Assembly: GCA_039029715.1 (NCBI GenBank)
Contig: JBCCFN010000002.1
Location: 1 to 50,635, forward strand
Direction of reading: 5' to 3'
Source of the DNA: Actinomycetota bacterium
GTDB taxonomy: Bacteria > Actinomycetota > Acidimicrobiia > Acidimicrobiales > SZUA-35
DNA: 50,635 nt
Shown: in pieces, positions 1 through 9,140 of the stretch
How the letters are laid out: each line of letters opens with the position of its first letter
Numbering within the stretch: position 1 is the first letter of the stretch
Notes under the pieces: generated by a model
The model's input: the letters and a program-made list of their open reading frames with translations, nothing else
Told to the model about the DNA's origin: nothing
Databases searched by the model: none
Translations under genes and position numbers: made by a program

Positions 1-624
1 CCGCTCGAACAGCGTGTCGTCGCCGTCGATGTAGTTTGCGATCTCCGGCTCCAGGACGAAGAACGCCCCGTTGATCCAACCCTCGGCGGCCTGGGGCTTC
101 TCCGAGAACTCGACGATCTGGTTGCCGTCGAGCTCCAGGTGGCCGTAGCGGGCCGGCGGCCGGACCGCGGTCAGGGTCGCCAGCTTGCCGTGGGACTTGT
201 GGAACTCCAGCAGGGCCTTGAGGTCCACCTTGCCGACCCCGTCACCCCAGGTCAGCATGAACGTCTCGTCCCCCATGTAGGGAATGAGGCGCTTGATCCG
301 CCCGCCGGTGTTGGTGTTGAGGCCGGTCTCGATCAGATCGACGGTCCAGTCCTCGGGTGCGGCGCCGTGGGACTCGACCGTTCCCTTTGCCGGCCGGACG
401 GTGAGGTCGGACGCCAGGTGGGCGTGGTCGAAGAACCAGCGCTTGATGTACTCGCCCTTGTAGCCGAGGGCGACGACGAACTCGTCGAAGCCGAACTCGT
501 AGTAGTAGCGCATGATGTGCCACAGGATCGGCTTGTTGCCGATCTCGACCATCGGCTTGGGCCGAAGGGTCGTCTCCTCGGACAGTCGGCTCCCGACGCC
601 GCCCGCCAACAGTCCTACCTTCAC
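1..624 (-). CDS. rfbF: glucose-1-phosphate cytidylyltransferase (N-terminal ~208 codons; C-terminus lies left of the window)
   Basis: Minus-strand translation from the GTG at 622-624 reads VKVGLLAGGVGSRLSEETTLRPKPMVEIGNKPILWHIMRYY...TGGRIKRL...INGAFFVLEPE. This is collinear with enterobacterial RfbF/DdhA as I recall it (GGxGxRL loop, KPMVEIGxKPILWHIM block). It is absent from the ORF track because it is truncated by the window edge. Confidence 0.9.
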   Translation of the reverse strand, partial: MKVGLLAGGVGSRLSEETTLRPKPMVEIGNKPILWHIMRYYYEFGFDEFVVALGYKGEYIKRWFFDHAHLASDLTVRPAKGTVESHGAAPEDWTVDLIETGLNTNTGGRIKRLIPYMGDETFMLTWGDGVGKVDLKALLEFHKSHGKLATLTAVRPPARYGHLELDGNQIVEFSEKPQAAEGWINGAFFVLEPEIANYIDGDDTLFER

Positions 625-707
625 CTGGACCACCTCATTCTGGCCGCCTTCCCTCGCTCATTGTGCTCATTCAACTCGTGGTTCCTGTCGGATCCGATCC
701 GTCGCCG

Positions 708-1304
708 TCAACCGCCGACCGACGCCCGCTCGCTCTGTTCATCGGCCCGGGAGATCCCGGCCAGGGTCAGCGCCATGGCCAACTGGGTGAAGCCGTCGGA
801 GATCCCGCCGTTTGCCAGATCCTGTCGAACCTCGTCCTCGGTCCGCCACGACACCGCCGCCGCCTCGTTGGCGTCGCTGGGATCGCCGCGGTGGACCGCA
901 TCGGTTGCCAGGTACAGATCGAAGGTCTGTCTCACCAGCCCGCAGGACGGGTGGTGCCGGCTCAGGTGCCGGGCCGGCCCGAGGGCCTCCCAGCCGGTCT
1001 CCTCCAGGCACTCCCGCCTGGCCGCCGCCTCGGCATCCTCGCCGTCGTCGACCATCCCGCCGGGGATCTCCCATCCCCAGCTGTCTGGCATGAACCGGTG
1101 GCGCCAGATCATCAGGAAGCCCTTGTCGGGATGATGGATGACCATGCCGGCGGCGTTCGGGCCATGGATGACCTCGTGCTCGACGGTCGTGCCGTCCGGC
1201 TTCTCGACCTCGTCGATCGTCAGCGACACCCACCAGCTGTCGTAGACCTCACGAATGGTCCCGTGGTTGATCCACTGCCCCGGGGTCCTGGTCGGCTCAG
1301 CCAT
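708..1304 (-). CDS. NUDIX hydrolase (possible nucleotide-sugar or ADP-ribose pyrophosphatase)
   Basis: Nudix box GGMVDDGEDAEAAARRECLEETG (Gx5Ex7REUxEExGU). GC3-rich frame. Its start overlaps the stop of the upstream GT4 gene by 8 nt. Confidence 0.85.
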   Translation of the reverse strand: MAEPTRTPGQWINHGTIREVYDSWWVSLTIDEVEKPDGTTVEHEVIHGPNAAGMVIHHPDKGFLMIWRHRFMPDSWGWEIPGGMVDDGEDAEAAARRECLEETGWEALGPARHLSRHHPSCGLVRQTFDLYLATDAVHRGDPSDANEAAAVSWRTEDEVRQDLANGGISDGFTQLAMALTLAGISRADEQSERASVGG

Positions 1305-2487
1305 GTCGGCTCCCGTCCGGGACCCGTCCGGCGGCCACCGCCCTGTACATGTCTGCGATCTCGTCGTACTGGGCTGCGAGGCCTCGGGCCGGGTTGGCGT
1401 TGGCGTAGGCCTTCTCGGTCATCTGCTCAACCAGGGCGGGATCGCCGAGCACCCGCTCGATCGCCCGGGCCATGGCCGGGGCGTCCGTCGGCGGGACCAG
1501 GAGGCCGGTGACCTCGTCCTCGACGAACTCGACCACCCCGCCGGCCCGGGTGGCGACCACCGGGGTGCCGACCGCCTGGGCCTCCAGGACGGTCAGGCCG
1601 AACGGCTCGGCGACCGAAGCGTTGACCAGGACGTCGACCGAGCGGAGGATCTCCGGGATGTCGGACCGGCGACCGGCGAACAGCACCCGATCGCCGAGAC
1701 GGGCGGCGGCATCGACCTTGAGCTTCTCGGCGAACTCGGCCGGGCCGGTACCGGCCTCCCCCACGACGATCAGACGAGCATCGGCCGCCGGGCCGCCGGC
1801 CAGAGCCATGGCCTCGACCAGGGTCTGGACGCCCTTGCGGACGTCGATGCGGCCGAGGATCGCAACCAGGGGTCGATCGACACCGCCACTCAGCTCGGCC
1901 CGCAGCGCCGGATCGGCCGGCCCTCTGGTGAACCGATCGAGGTCGACCCCGGGGTGGATCACGGTGACCCTGGTCTTCGGCTTCAGGACCGCGGCACTTG
2001 CCGCCGAGTTGGCGACGGTCAGGGTCGCAAGGTTGGCCGCCTGCTGCAGCACCCGCCGGCCGAGACCCGGCCGAACGATGTTGACCAGGTCGAGCGCAAC
2101 CGGGGTGCGGCTCAACCGACCGGCGACCGCCACCTCCATATGGGACCGGAGGGCGAACGAATGGAGCACGTCGTGGCCGGCGGCCGCCGACCGGACGACC
2201 CCGACACCGCGCCCGACCCCGAACGCAGACCGGAGAGCAGATCGAGGTCCGGGCCGTGCGGTCGTGTCCTGCTGGCGCAGGCCGTCGTGGAGTTCGAGCC
2301 GCAGGTCCTCGAGGGCGAACCCCCGCTCGACCCAGGCCTCGGCGAACGGTGAACCGGCCGGGGTACCGAGCGCGAGGTCGACCCCGCGCTCGGCCAACGC
2401 CTCGACCTGCTCCAGTAGATAGAGCTGTGCGCCCCAGACTTCGGACGGAGGGCTGACCACCAGGACCGAGGTGCGATGCGATGTCAT
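1297..2487 (-). CDS. GT4-family (GT-B fold) glycosyltransferase
   Basis: 396 aa. The C-terminal block EPFGLTVLEAQAVGTPVVATRAGGVVEFVEDEVTGLLVPP is the typical Glycos_transf_1 E-x7-E region. Confidence 0.85.
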   Translation of the reverse strand: MTSHRTSVLVVSPPSEVWGAQLYLLEQVEALAERGVDLALGTPAGSPFAEAWVERGFALEDLRLELHDGLRQQDTTARPGPRSALRSAFGVGRGVGVVRSAAAGHDVLHSFALRSHMEVAVAGRLSRTPVALDLVNIVRPGLGRRVLQQAANLATLTVANSAASAAVLKPKTRVTVIHPGVDLDRFTRGPADPALRAELSGGVDRPLVAILGRIDVRKGVQTLVEAMALAGGPAADARLIVVGEAGTGPAEFAEKLKVDAAARLGDRVLFAGRRSDIPEILRSVDVLVNASVAEPFGLTVLEAQAVGTPVVATRAGGVVEFVEDEVTGLLVPPTDAPAMARAIERVLGDPALVEQMTEKAYANANPARGLAAQYDEIADMYRAVAAGRVPDGSRHG

Positions 2488-2542
2488 CTCGACCTTCTTC
2501 TTCGTTCGGTGACCGGTGTGGCAGCAGGCCGACCGAGCAAGG

Positions 2543-3523
2543 TCAGCTGGTGGTGAGGAGTGACTTCTCGACCTGCTCGTGGACCCAGCGATAGGTCACT
2601 TCGAGACCGTCGACCAGCGAGGTCGACGGCTCCCAATCGAGCAGCTCCAGGATCTTGGTGTTGTCGCTGTTGCGACCCCGGACCCCCTGGGGAGCGGACA
2701 GGTCGTGCACACGCTTGACCTCGACACCTGCGATCGATGCGATGATATCGATCAGCTGGTTGATGGAGACCAGCTCCGACGACCCGATGTTCAGTGGCTC
2801 GTCGATGTCGGAGTGCATCAGCCGCTTGGTCCCCTCGACGCAGTCGTCGACGAACATGAACGACCGGGTCTGGAGGCCATCGCCCCACACCTCGATCTCG
2901 TTCGAACCGGTCACGGCGCAGGTGGCGACCTTCCGGCACAGGGCGGCCGGCGCCTTCTCCCGGCCACCGGTCCAGGACCCGATCGGGCCGTACACGTTGT
3001 GGTACCGACCGATCCGGGTGATGAGCCCGAAGTCCTCATGGAAGTGGCGAGCCATGCGCTCGCTGAACAGCTTCTCCCAGCCGTAGCCGTCCTCGGGCAT
3101 CGCCGGGTAGGCGTGCTCCTCCTTGAGGGCGGTCACGTTCGGATCGAGCTGGTGCTCGGCGGCGTACACGCAGGCCGAGCTGGAGTAGAACAACCGGCTT
3201 GCCTGATGGTGGACCGCGGCCTCAAGCATGTGGGTGCTGATCAGCACGCTCAGCATGCAGGCGGCCTTGTTGTTCTCGATGAAGCCCATACCGCCCATGT
3301 CGGCGGCCAGGTTGTAGATCTCGTCGACGCCCTCGGCGGCGGTGAAACAGGCGTCACGCCGCTGCAGGTCGACCTCGGCCGCATTCTCGGCCCCGTCGTG
3401 GACCTGCCACCATTCGTCAAGCGGCTTGACATCGACCGACAGGACGTCATGGCCGTCTGCAAGCAACGACTTCACCAGATGGCCACCGATGAATCCGCCA
3501 CCGCCGGCTACAAGAATTCTCAC
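2543..3523 (-). CDS. NAD-dependent sugar-nucleotide epimerase of the GDP-mannose 3,5-epimerase (GME) type
   Basis: GGGGFIGGHL Rossmann motif. Long collinear blocks match plant and bacterial GME as I remember it: NLAADMGGMGFI, SSSACVY, YGWEKL, IGRYHNVYGP.GSWTGGREKAPAA.CRK, WGDGLQTRSF, NIGS, GVRGRNSDN. I prefer the GTG at 3523, which sits 7 nt after the AGGAGGG Shine-Dalgarno, over the track ATG at 3577. Confidence 0.85.
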   Translation of the reverse strand: MRILVAGGGGFIGGHLVKSLLADGHDVLSVDVKPLDEWWQVHDGAENAAEVDLQRRDACFTAAEGVDEIYNLAADMGGMGFIENNKAACMLSVLISTHMLEAAVHHQASRLFYSSSACVYAAEHQLDPNVTALKEEHAYPAMPEDGYGWEKLFSERMARHFHEDFGLITRIGRYHNVYGPIGSWTGGREKAPAALCRKVATCAVTGSNEIEVWGDGLQTRSFMFVDDCVEGTKRLMHSDIDEPLNIGSSELVSINQLIDIIASIAGVEVKRVHDLSAPQGVRGRNSDNTKILELLDWEPSTSLVDGLEVTYRWVHEQVEKSLLTTS

Positions 3524-3682
3524 GCCATTCCCTCCTGCGCTTTGATTCGCTGTGGGTGTGTGTGCTCGGTCGCCCACTCGACTCGATTCGTCAGGGTATC
3601 GTCGACCCCAGATCCCATGAGTGAGTGAAAGTACACTGAACTAGGGCGGTTCGGACTAACTCCCGGGGTGCGAATGGCACAC

Positions 3683-4519
3683 TCAGGGTGTTGTCGTAGG
3701 GGTCGATTCATCACACCTGATCTCGGCCAGAATCGTCTCCGGTCCGGCCTCGTTCTCGCCGTCTCCAGCAGCAAAGAGACTGCTGGTATCTCTGGCGATC
3801 GTGGTGGCGTCCGAGTCGGAAACCACCGCCCCGTCGAGATAGGTCCAGGAGAGCTCCAGCCGGCCGTCCCGCTCCTCGATGATCAACTGACCGTCCGGGG
3901 CGACGGCCACGATCTGGGCCGGATCGAGTCGACAGACCGACGCCTGCACCGGGTAGGCGCCCCGGCCGGTGGTGACCGTGCCAGAGCCAACCGGGTCGGC
4001 CGGGGGCGGGAACGGGGCGGCACCGTCCGATGGCAACGCCTCGACCGCGACGAACTGGTCGATGGGGGCCGGGCCGTTGAAGGCCACGGTCAGGTCGACG
4101 GCCGAGCAGCCGGCTGCGACCTCTTCTCCGGGGGTGGTGAAGACCAGCGTCCCGAAGGCGTCCCCCCGGGAGAACTCCAGGGCCACATCGTCGTCCTCGA
4201 CCTCGACGACGTCGTAGTCGGCCAGGGTGTCGTCGAACAGCTGGGCCAGCAGGGCCGCAGCGTCCCCGGTCACGCCGGACAATGTATAGGTCCGTTCATC
4301 GACGTCGAATCGGGTGGCGGTCAGCGCCGAGGGCACCGCAACCGGCCACACGTCCGGTGGATCGGTGGGGGGCACACCGCAGTCGATCGCCGCCGGGCGG
4401 GGTAGCGGGGTCCCGACGTTGACCGGTGGATCGGCATTGTCGTCGGTGCAGGCCGCCAGGGCGGCGACGGCAACGACGAGCAGCAGCAGGAGCCGGCGCG
4501 AAACGAGGGGGATCGCCAC
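3683..4519 (-). CDS. lipoprotein of unknown function
   Basis: N-terminus (GTG start) AIPLVSRRLLLLLVVAVAALAAC has a signal peptide plus lipobox (LAAC). GC3-rich frame. No recognisable catalytic motif. Confidence 0.6.
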   Translation of the reverse strand: MAIPLVSRRLLLLLVVAVAALAACTDDNADPPVNVGTPLPRPAAIDCGVPPTDPPDVWPVAVPSALTATRFDVDERTYTLSGVTGDAAALLAQLFDDTLADYDVVEVEDDDVALEFSRGDAFGTLVFTTPGEEVAAGCSAVDLTVAFNGPAPIDQFVAVEALPSDGAAPFPPPADPVGSGTVTTGRGAYPVQASVCRLDPAQIVAVAPDGQLIIEERDGRLELSWTYLDGAVVSDSDATTIARDTSSLFAAGDGENEAGPETILAEIRCDESTPTTTP

Positions 4520-4692
4520 GAGGGCAATGTATCCCCTCCCATCCAGCCCCGGCCGTCGGCAAGGATGTCGGCGAGAATCGGGCGGCAGCGACCGGGTGAC
4601 CAGCCAGGTGACGGGCAGGCGACCGGCCAGGTGGCCGAGCCAGGTGACACTGCCCCGCCGATCCGGATCTGCCGCACGCTACGGTTTGCGGC

Positions 4693-5775
4693 GTGACGAG
4701 CGACATCGAAAACCACCCGTTCTGGTCAGGCAAGACCGTACTGGTCACCGGTCATACCGGGTTCAAGGGGACCTGGTTGAGCCTGTGGTTGACCAAGATG
4801 GGCGCCAACGTCCACGGCCTGGCGCTCGACCCGTCGACCGACCCGGCGATGTTCGACCTCGTCCGGGGCAACGAGCTGATCGACTCCCACATCGGGCCGG
4901 TGGCCGACGCCGCCTTCGTGTCCGAGACAATGGAAAAGGTCCGCCCGGACATCGTGTTCCACCTCGCAGCCCAGGTCCTGGTCCGGGCGTCCTACGCCGA
5001 CCCGCTGTACACGATCGAGACCAACGTGATGGGCACGGCCAATGTGCTCAACGCCGCCCGCACCGTTCCGAACCTCCAGGCCGTCGTGGTCATCACCAGC
5101 GACAAGTGCTACGAGAACGTCGAGTGGGAGTGGCCGTACCGGGAGAACGAGGCCATGGGTGGCCACGACCCCTACTCGGCAAGCAAGGGCTGCGCCGAGC
5201 TGATCACCTCCTCGATGCGGCGGTCCTACTACGAGGGCCCGGACACCGCCTGGGTGGCATCGGCACGGGCCGGCAACGTGATCGGTGGTGGCGACTGGTC
5301 CGCCGATCGCCTGATCCCAGACATCGTCAAGGCCTTCACCATCAATGAAGAGGTCATCATCCGCATGCCGGAGGCGATCCGCCCGTGGCAGCACGTGCTC
5401 GAGCCGCTTCGCGGCTACCTCACGTTGGCCGAGCGGTTGGCCTCCGGCGACGGCGCGGAGGCCGAGGGCTGGAACTTCGGTCCGGCGGACACCGATGCCC
5501 GCCCGGTCGGCTGGATGGTCGAGCAAATGGCCGAGCGGTGGGGCGAAGGCGCCGACTACCGAATCGAGCGCGACGGCGGACCCCACGAGGCCAGGCTGCT
5601 GAAGCTCGACTGCTCGAAGGCTGCGGCCCGGTTGGGCTGGCGGCCGGAGCTGACCCTGGATCGGGCGTTGGAGTGGGTCATCGACTGGTATCGGGCCCAG
5701 GTGGATGGCAAGGACATGCGAGCGGTCACCTTTGCGCAGATCCAGGCCTATCAGGAGCTCGTCGCTAAGGCGTAA
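4693..5775 (+). CDS. rfbG: CDP-glucose 4,6-dehydratase
   Basis: FWSGKTVLVTGHTGFKGTWLSLWL (the GxTGFKG motif characteristic of RfbG/DdhB), SDKCYEN, YSASKGCAEL (YxxxK), RPWQHVLEPL. The partner enzyme rfbF lies at 1-624. Confidence 0.9.
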   Translation: MTSDIENHPFWSGKTVLVTGHTGFKGTWLSLWLTKMGANVHGLALDPSTDPAMFDLVRGNELIDSHIGPVADAAFVSETMEKVRPDIVFHLAAQVLVRASYADPLYTIETNVMGTANVLNAARTVPNLQAVVVITSDKCYENVEWEWPYRENEAMGGHDPYSASKGCAELITSSMRRSYYEGPDTAWVASARAGNVIGGGDWSADRLIPDIVKAFTINEEVIIRMPEAIRPWQHVLEPLRGYLTLAERLASGDGAEAEGWNFGPADTDARPVGWMVEQMAERWGEGADYRIERDGGPHEARLLKLDCSKAAARLGWRPELTLDRALEWVIDWYRAQVDGKDMRAVTFAQIQAYQELVAKA

Positions 5776-5926
5776 GGCGGTGACGCGTGGGCTGTTTCGC
5801 CCACAAAAGGCCCGGAAACAAGGGGATCGACGCCGGCCGTACTGGGCAATCCTGACGGTGTTGGCGCCCTCGACCCACTCCTAACATGTTGATCAAGATC
5901 AGCGGATTGGCGGAGGGAATACGCCT

Positions 5927-7168
5927 GTGACTCGCGTGAGCCAACATATCGAACGAGTGGTCGTCCACGACTTCTCCGGGCACCCGTTCCAGGTGCAACT
6001 GGCGCGGGAACTCGCATCTCGGGGCTACGAGGCCACCCACCTGTACTGCCCGTCGTTCCAGACGCCGAAGGGCAATGTCGGCGACGAGGACACCAAGGGG
6101 TCGTTCGCCAGCATCGCCGTGCCGCTGTGGCGACCGTTCGCCAAGTACTCGACCGGCAAGCGGTTCCTCCAGGAGCTGGAGTACGGCGTCCGGATCTCGA
6201 TCGCCATCCTTCGCCGCCGGCCCCAGGTCGTGCTGACCGCAAACACGCCGCTGGTGGCGGCCGTCGTCCTCCAGCTGGCCCTGCTGATGCGCCGGATCCC
6301 CGTGGTCTTCTGGCAGCAGGACGTCTACAGCATCGCTATGGCCGGCCATCTTGAGCGCAAGCTCGGCACCCCCGGTCGCCTGGCCGGCAAGGCGCTGATC
6401 TGGTTCGAGAAGTGGCTGCTGCGCTCCAGTGAGAGGGTCGTCGTGATCAGCGAGGACTTCATCGACACGATCGCCGAGTGGGGAACAGACGTCGACCGGG
6501 TCGACGTGATCGAGAACTGGGCCCCGCTCGACGAGCTGCCGGCCGGCACCCGTCAGAACCCGTGGGCCGAGCGCCACGGCATCACAGACGAGCTGGTCTT
6601 CCTCTATGCCGGTTCGCTCGGCCTGAAGCACGAGCCGTCGATCCTGCTCGAGCTGGCCCGAGGCTTCAACAATCGATCGGACGTCCGAGTCATCGTGGCC
6701 TCCGAGGGCCGGGGGGCCAACTGGCTCAACCGCGAGCGTGAGCCCCACGACAACATCGAACTGCTGCCGTTCCAGGACTTCGAGGACATGCCGGACATGC
6801 TGGCCTCGGCCGACGTGCTGCTCGTCCTGCTCGAGCCAGACGCCGGCGGCTTCTCCGTGCCGTCCAAGGTCCTGACCTACCTCTGTGCCGGCCGACCGAT
6901 CCTCGGTGCGATGCCGGACGAGAACCTGGCCGCCCGGAACATCGAGCGGACCGGCACCGGCATCGTGGTCGGTCCCGGTGACGCCCAGCGGTTCGTGTCA
7001 GAGGCCAAGCGTCTGGCTGATGACCAGGGCCTCCGGGAGCGGATGGGTCGGTCCGGTCGGGCCTACGCCGAGTCGACCTTCGACATCGTCCACATCGGGG
7101 ATCGGTTCGAGCGGATCCTGGCCACAGCCCACGGGGATGTGCCGCAACCAGAGCTGGCCAAGCGGTAG
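5927..7168 (+). CDS. GT4-family glycosyltransferase, WcaI-like
   Basis: 413 aa from a GTG start. The C-terminal half (LLPFQDFEDMPDMLASADVLLVLLEPDAGGFSVPSKVLTYLCAGRPILG) follows the WcaI/WbuB pattern. Confidence 0.8.
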   Translation: MTRVSQHIERVVVHDFSGHPFQVQLARELASRGYEATHLYCPSFQTPKGNVGDEDTKGSFASIAVPLWRPFAKYSTGKRFLQELEYGVRISIAILRRRPQVVLTANTPLVAAVVLQLALLMRRIPVVFWQQDVYSIAMAGHLERKLGTPGRLAGKALIWFEKWLLRSSERVVVISEDFIDTIAEWGTDVDRVDVIENWAPLDELPAGTRQNPWAERHGITDELVFLYAGSLGLKHEPSILLELARGFNNRSDVRVIVASEGRGANWLNREREPHDNIELLPFQDFEDMPDMLASADVLLVLLEPDAGGFSVPSKVLTYLCAGRPILGAMPDENLAARNIERTGTGIVVGPGDAQRFVSEAKRLADDQGLRERMGRSGRAYAESTFDIVHIGDRFERILATAHGDVPQPELAKR

Positions 7169-7270
7169 ATTCGTTTCATCCTCCCGCCGCCGGTCGGCCG
7201 CCCCTGACGACGCACGCCGCCGGCCGGGCAAACCGGACCGCCAATTCGAAGCGCCCTGAGCAGGCTTCCC

Positions 7271-8206
7271 GTGAACGAACCAACCTTCACCCTCGCACTG
7301 TGCATAGCGACGTTCCGCCGGCCGGAGGGGCTGCGGCGTCTCCTCGACGGACTCGAGCAGATGGACCCGGTCGACGGCGTCGACACCACCGTGGTCGTGG
7401 TCGACAACGACGAGACCGGACCGGCGGCCTGGGCCGGGGAGCGGACAATCTTCGGTAACCAGGTCCGCTACGCGGTCGAGGAGCGGCGGGGCATCACCTT
7501 CGCCAGGAACCGGGCCCTCGACGAGGTCAAGACCCTCGGGACCGACTGGCTGGGCTGGCTCGATGACGACGAGGTCCCACGGCCGAACTGGCTCCGCGAC
7601 ATCATCGAGACGCAGCGCCGGACCGGGGCCGATGTGGTGGCCGGCCCGGCCGAGCCGGTCTTCGAACCCGGCGCCCCGGCCTGGATCGTCGACACCGGAG
7701 CGTTCGGCACCGAACGGTTCGAGACCGACCAGCCGTTCCCGTTCTTCCACACCCGGACCTCCGGGGTCATCCTCCGGAGTTCGCTTGTGCCGGACGGCGG
7801 CTTCGACAACCGGATGGCTCTGACCGGCGGGTCGGACCGAGTGTTCTTCACCCACATGCACCGGGCCGGCGGCGACTTCCGCTGGAACGACGAGGCCGTG
7901 GTCGACGAGTGGGTCCCGGCCAGTCGGGTCCGGGCGTCGTGGCTGCTCCGGCGGTGGTTCCGCATCGGGGTCACCCGCAGCCTGACCCTCCTCTACGTCG
8001 ACAGCCCGTCCCCGCTCCGCCGGCTCCGCCGGGCCGCCGGCGGTACCGCCATGGCACTCGGGGCGATGCCGGGCCTACTCCTGGCGGTGCCCGGCGGACG
8101 GACCGCCATACTGAACGCCAGCCGGCGAATGCTGCTCGGCATCGGCGCCGCCTGGGGTGTGACCGGGATCGGCTACAACGAGTATCAGAAGGTGCACGGC
8201 TCATGA
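7271..8206 (+). CDS. GT2-family glycosyltransferase
   Basis: FTLALCIATFRRPEGLRRLLDGL...VVVVDND...WLGWLDDDE (GT-A fold with DxD). The C-terminal part is hydrophobic. Confidence 0.8.
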   Translation: MNEPTFTLALCIATFRRPEGLRRLLDGLEQMDPVDGVDTTVVVVDNDETGPAAWAGERTIFGNQVRYAVEERRGITFARNRALDEVKTLGTDWLGWLDDDEVPRPNWLRDIIETQRRTGADVVAGPAEPVFEPGAPAWIVDTGAFGTERFETDQPFPFFHTRTSGVILRSSLVPDGGFDNRMALTGGSDRVFFTHMHRAGGDFRWNDEAVVDEWVPASRVRASWLLRRWFRIGVTRSLTLLYVDSPSPLRRLRRAAGGTAMALGAMPGLLLAVPGGRTAILNASRRMLLGIGAAWGVTGIGYNEYQKVHGS

Positions 8207-9138
8207 CGGCTGCAAACGGTCAGGCTCCGATCTTCATCCTCGGCATGCTGCAGCGGACGGGAACCAACCACCTGTGGGACCTCTTCGCCCTCCACCCGAA
8301 CGTCGAGACCGCGGCACCGGTGTTCGAGGACCACCTCGTCCGGTGGGCCCCGCACCTGGTGGCCTACGCCGATGACGTGTCCCGCGGCTGGTCGCCGGAG
8401 TGGAACGTGCCGCCCGAGGAGGCCGAGCAGCTGTTGCGCCACCTCGGCAAGGGCGTGCAGCAGTGGTTGGCCCAGCGATCGACCAAGCGGATCGTGACCA
8501 AGATGCCGACGGTCGAGCAGGCCCAGCACTACTTCTCGCTGTTCCCGGACTCTCCGCTGGTCGTGATCGTCCGGGACGGGCGCAGCGTGGCCGAGTCCGG
8601 GGTGAAGAGCTTCGGGTGGAGCTACGAGCGGGCGTTCCGGCGCTGGAACATGGCGGCCGAGATCGTGCTGCAGCTCCAACGGGACCACGGGGACCGGGAC
8701 GGGTTCGCCGTCGTCCGGTACGAGGACATCATCGACAAGCCGGGTGCCGTCATGCGGGACCTGTGCGTGGTGGCAGACCTCGACGTCGATCGCTACCCGA
8801 TCGAGGAGGTCGAGTCGCTGCCGGTCCGGGGGTCCTCGACCCTCAAGAGCGACGACAACGAGGCCCAGCTCCACTGGGCCCCGGTCGAACGGTCGGGGTC
8901 GTTCAACCCTCGGGAACGGTGGCGGTCCTGGGACGAGCACCTGCACCGCCGCTTCGCCGCGGTCGCCGGCGCATCCCAGGTGGCCCTCGGCTACGACCTG
9001 GAGCCGGTCGACGGTCGGGACTCGGTCCGGGACCGGCTGGCAGACCTCCGGGCCCACGTCGACGTCCGGTACAAGGAGCAGCGGGTGATCGCAGGCCGGG
9101 CCCGCCGTTCGCTGCGTCGAGTGCACGGGAGGATCTGA
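8203..9138 (+). CDS. PAPS-dependent sulfotransferase family protein
   Basis: I take the start as the ATG at 8203, an ATGA overlap with the GT2 stop. The track ORF from 7909 is an out-of-context extension. 5'-PSB-like loop ILGMLQRTGTNHL and 3'-PB-like VVIVRDGRSVAES. Confidence 0.8.
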   Translation: MTAANGQAPIFILGMLQRTGTNHLWDLFALHPNVETAAPVFEDHLVRWAPHLVAYADDVSRGWSPEWNVPPEEAEQLLRHLGKGVQQWLAQRSTKRIVTKMPTVEQAQHYFSLFPDSPLVVIVRDGRSVAESGVKSFGWSYERAFRRWNMAAEIVLQLQRDHGDRDGFAVVRYEDIIDKPGAVMRDLCVVADLDVDRYPIEEVESLPVRGSSTLKSDDNEAQLHWAPVERSGSFNPRERWRSWDEHLHRRFAAVAGASQVALGYDLEPVDGRDSVRDRLADLRAHVDVRYKEQRVIAGRARRSLRRVHGRI

Positions 9139-9140
9139 CG

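Noticed and set aside
139-1134. 331-aa plus-strand ORF (and the nested ORFs at 663-1511 and 739-1233) antisense to rfbF and the NUDIX gene.
   Set aside because: The sequence is Arg/Gly/Pro/Ala-rich and low-complexity with no motifs. The opposite strand encodes proteins with clear family signatures. This is a typical stop-poor shadow frame of GC-rich DNA.
5787-5804. Hairpin GTGGGC-TGTTTC-GCCCAC just after the rfbG stop as a terminator.
   Set aside because: It has only a 6-bp stem and is followed by AAAA rather than a T-run. The downstream glycosyltransferase genes are most simply read as the same operon. Any termination function is doubtful.
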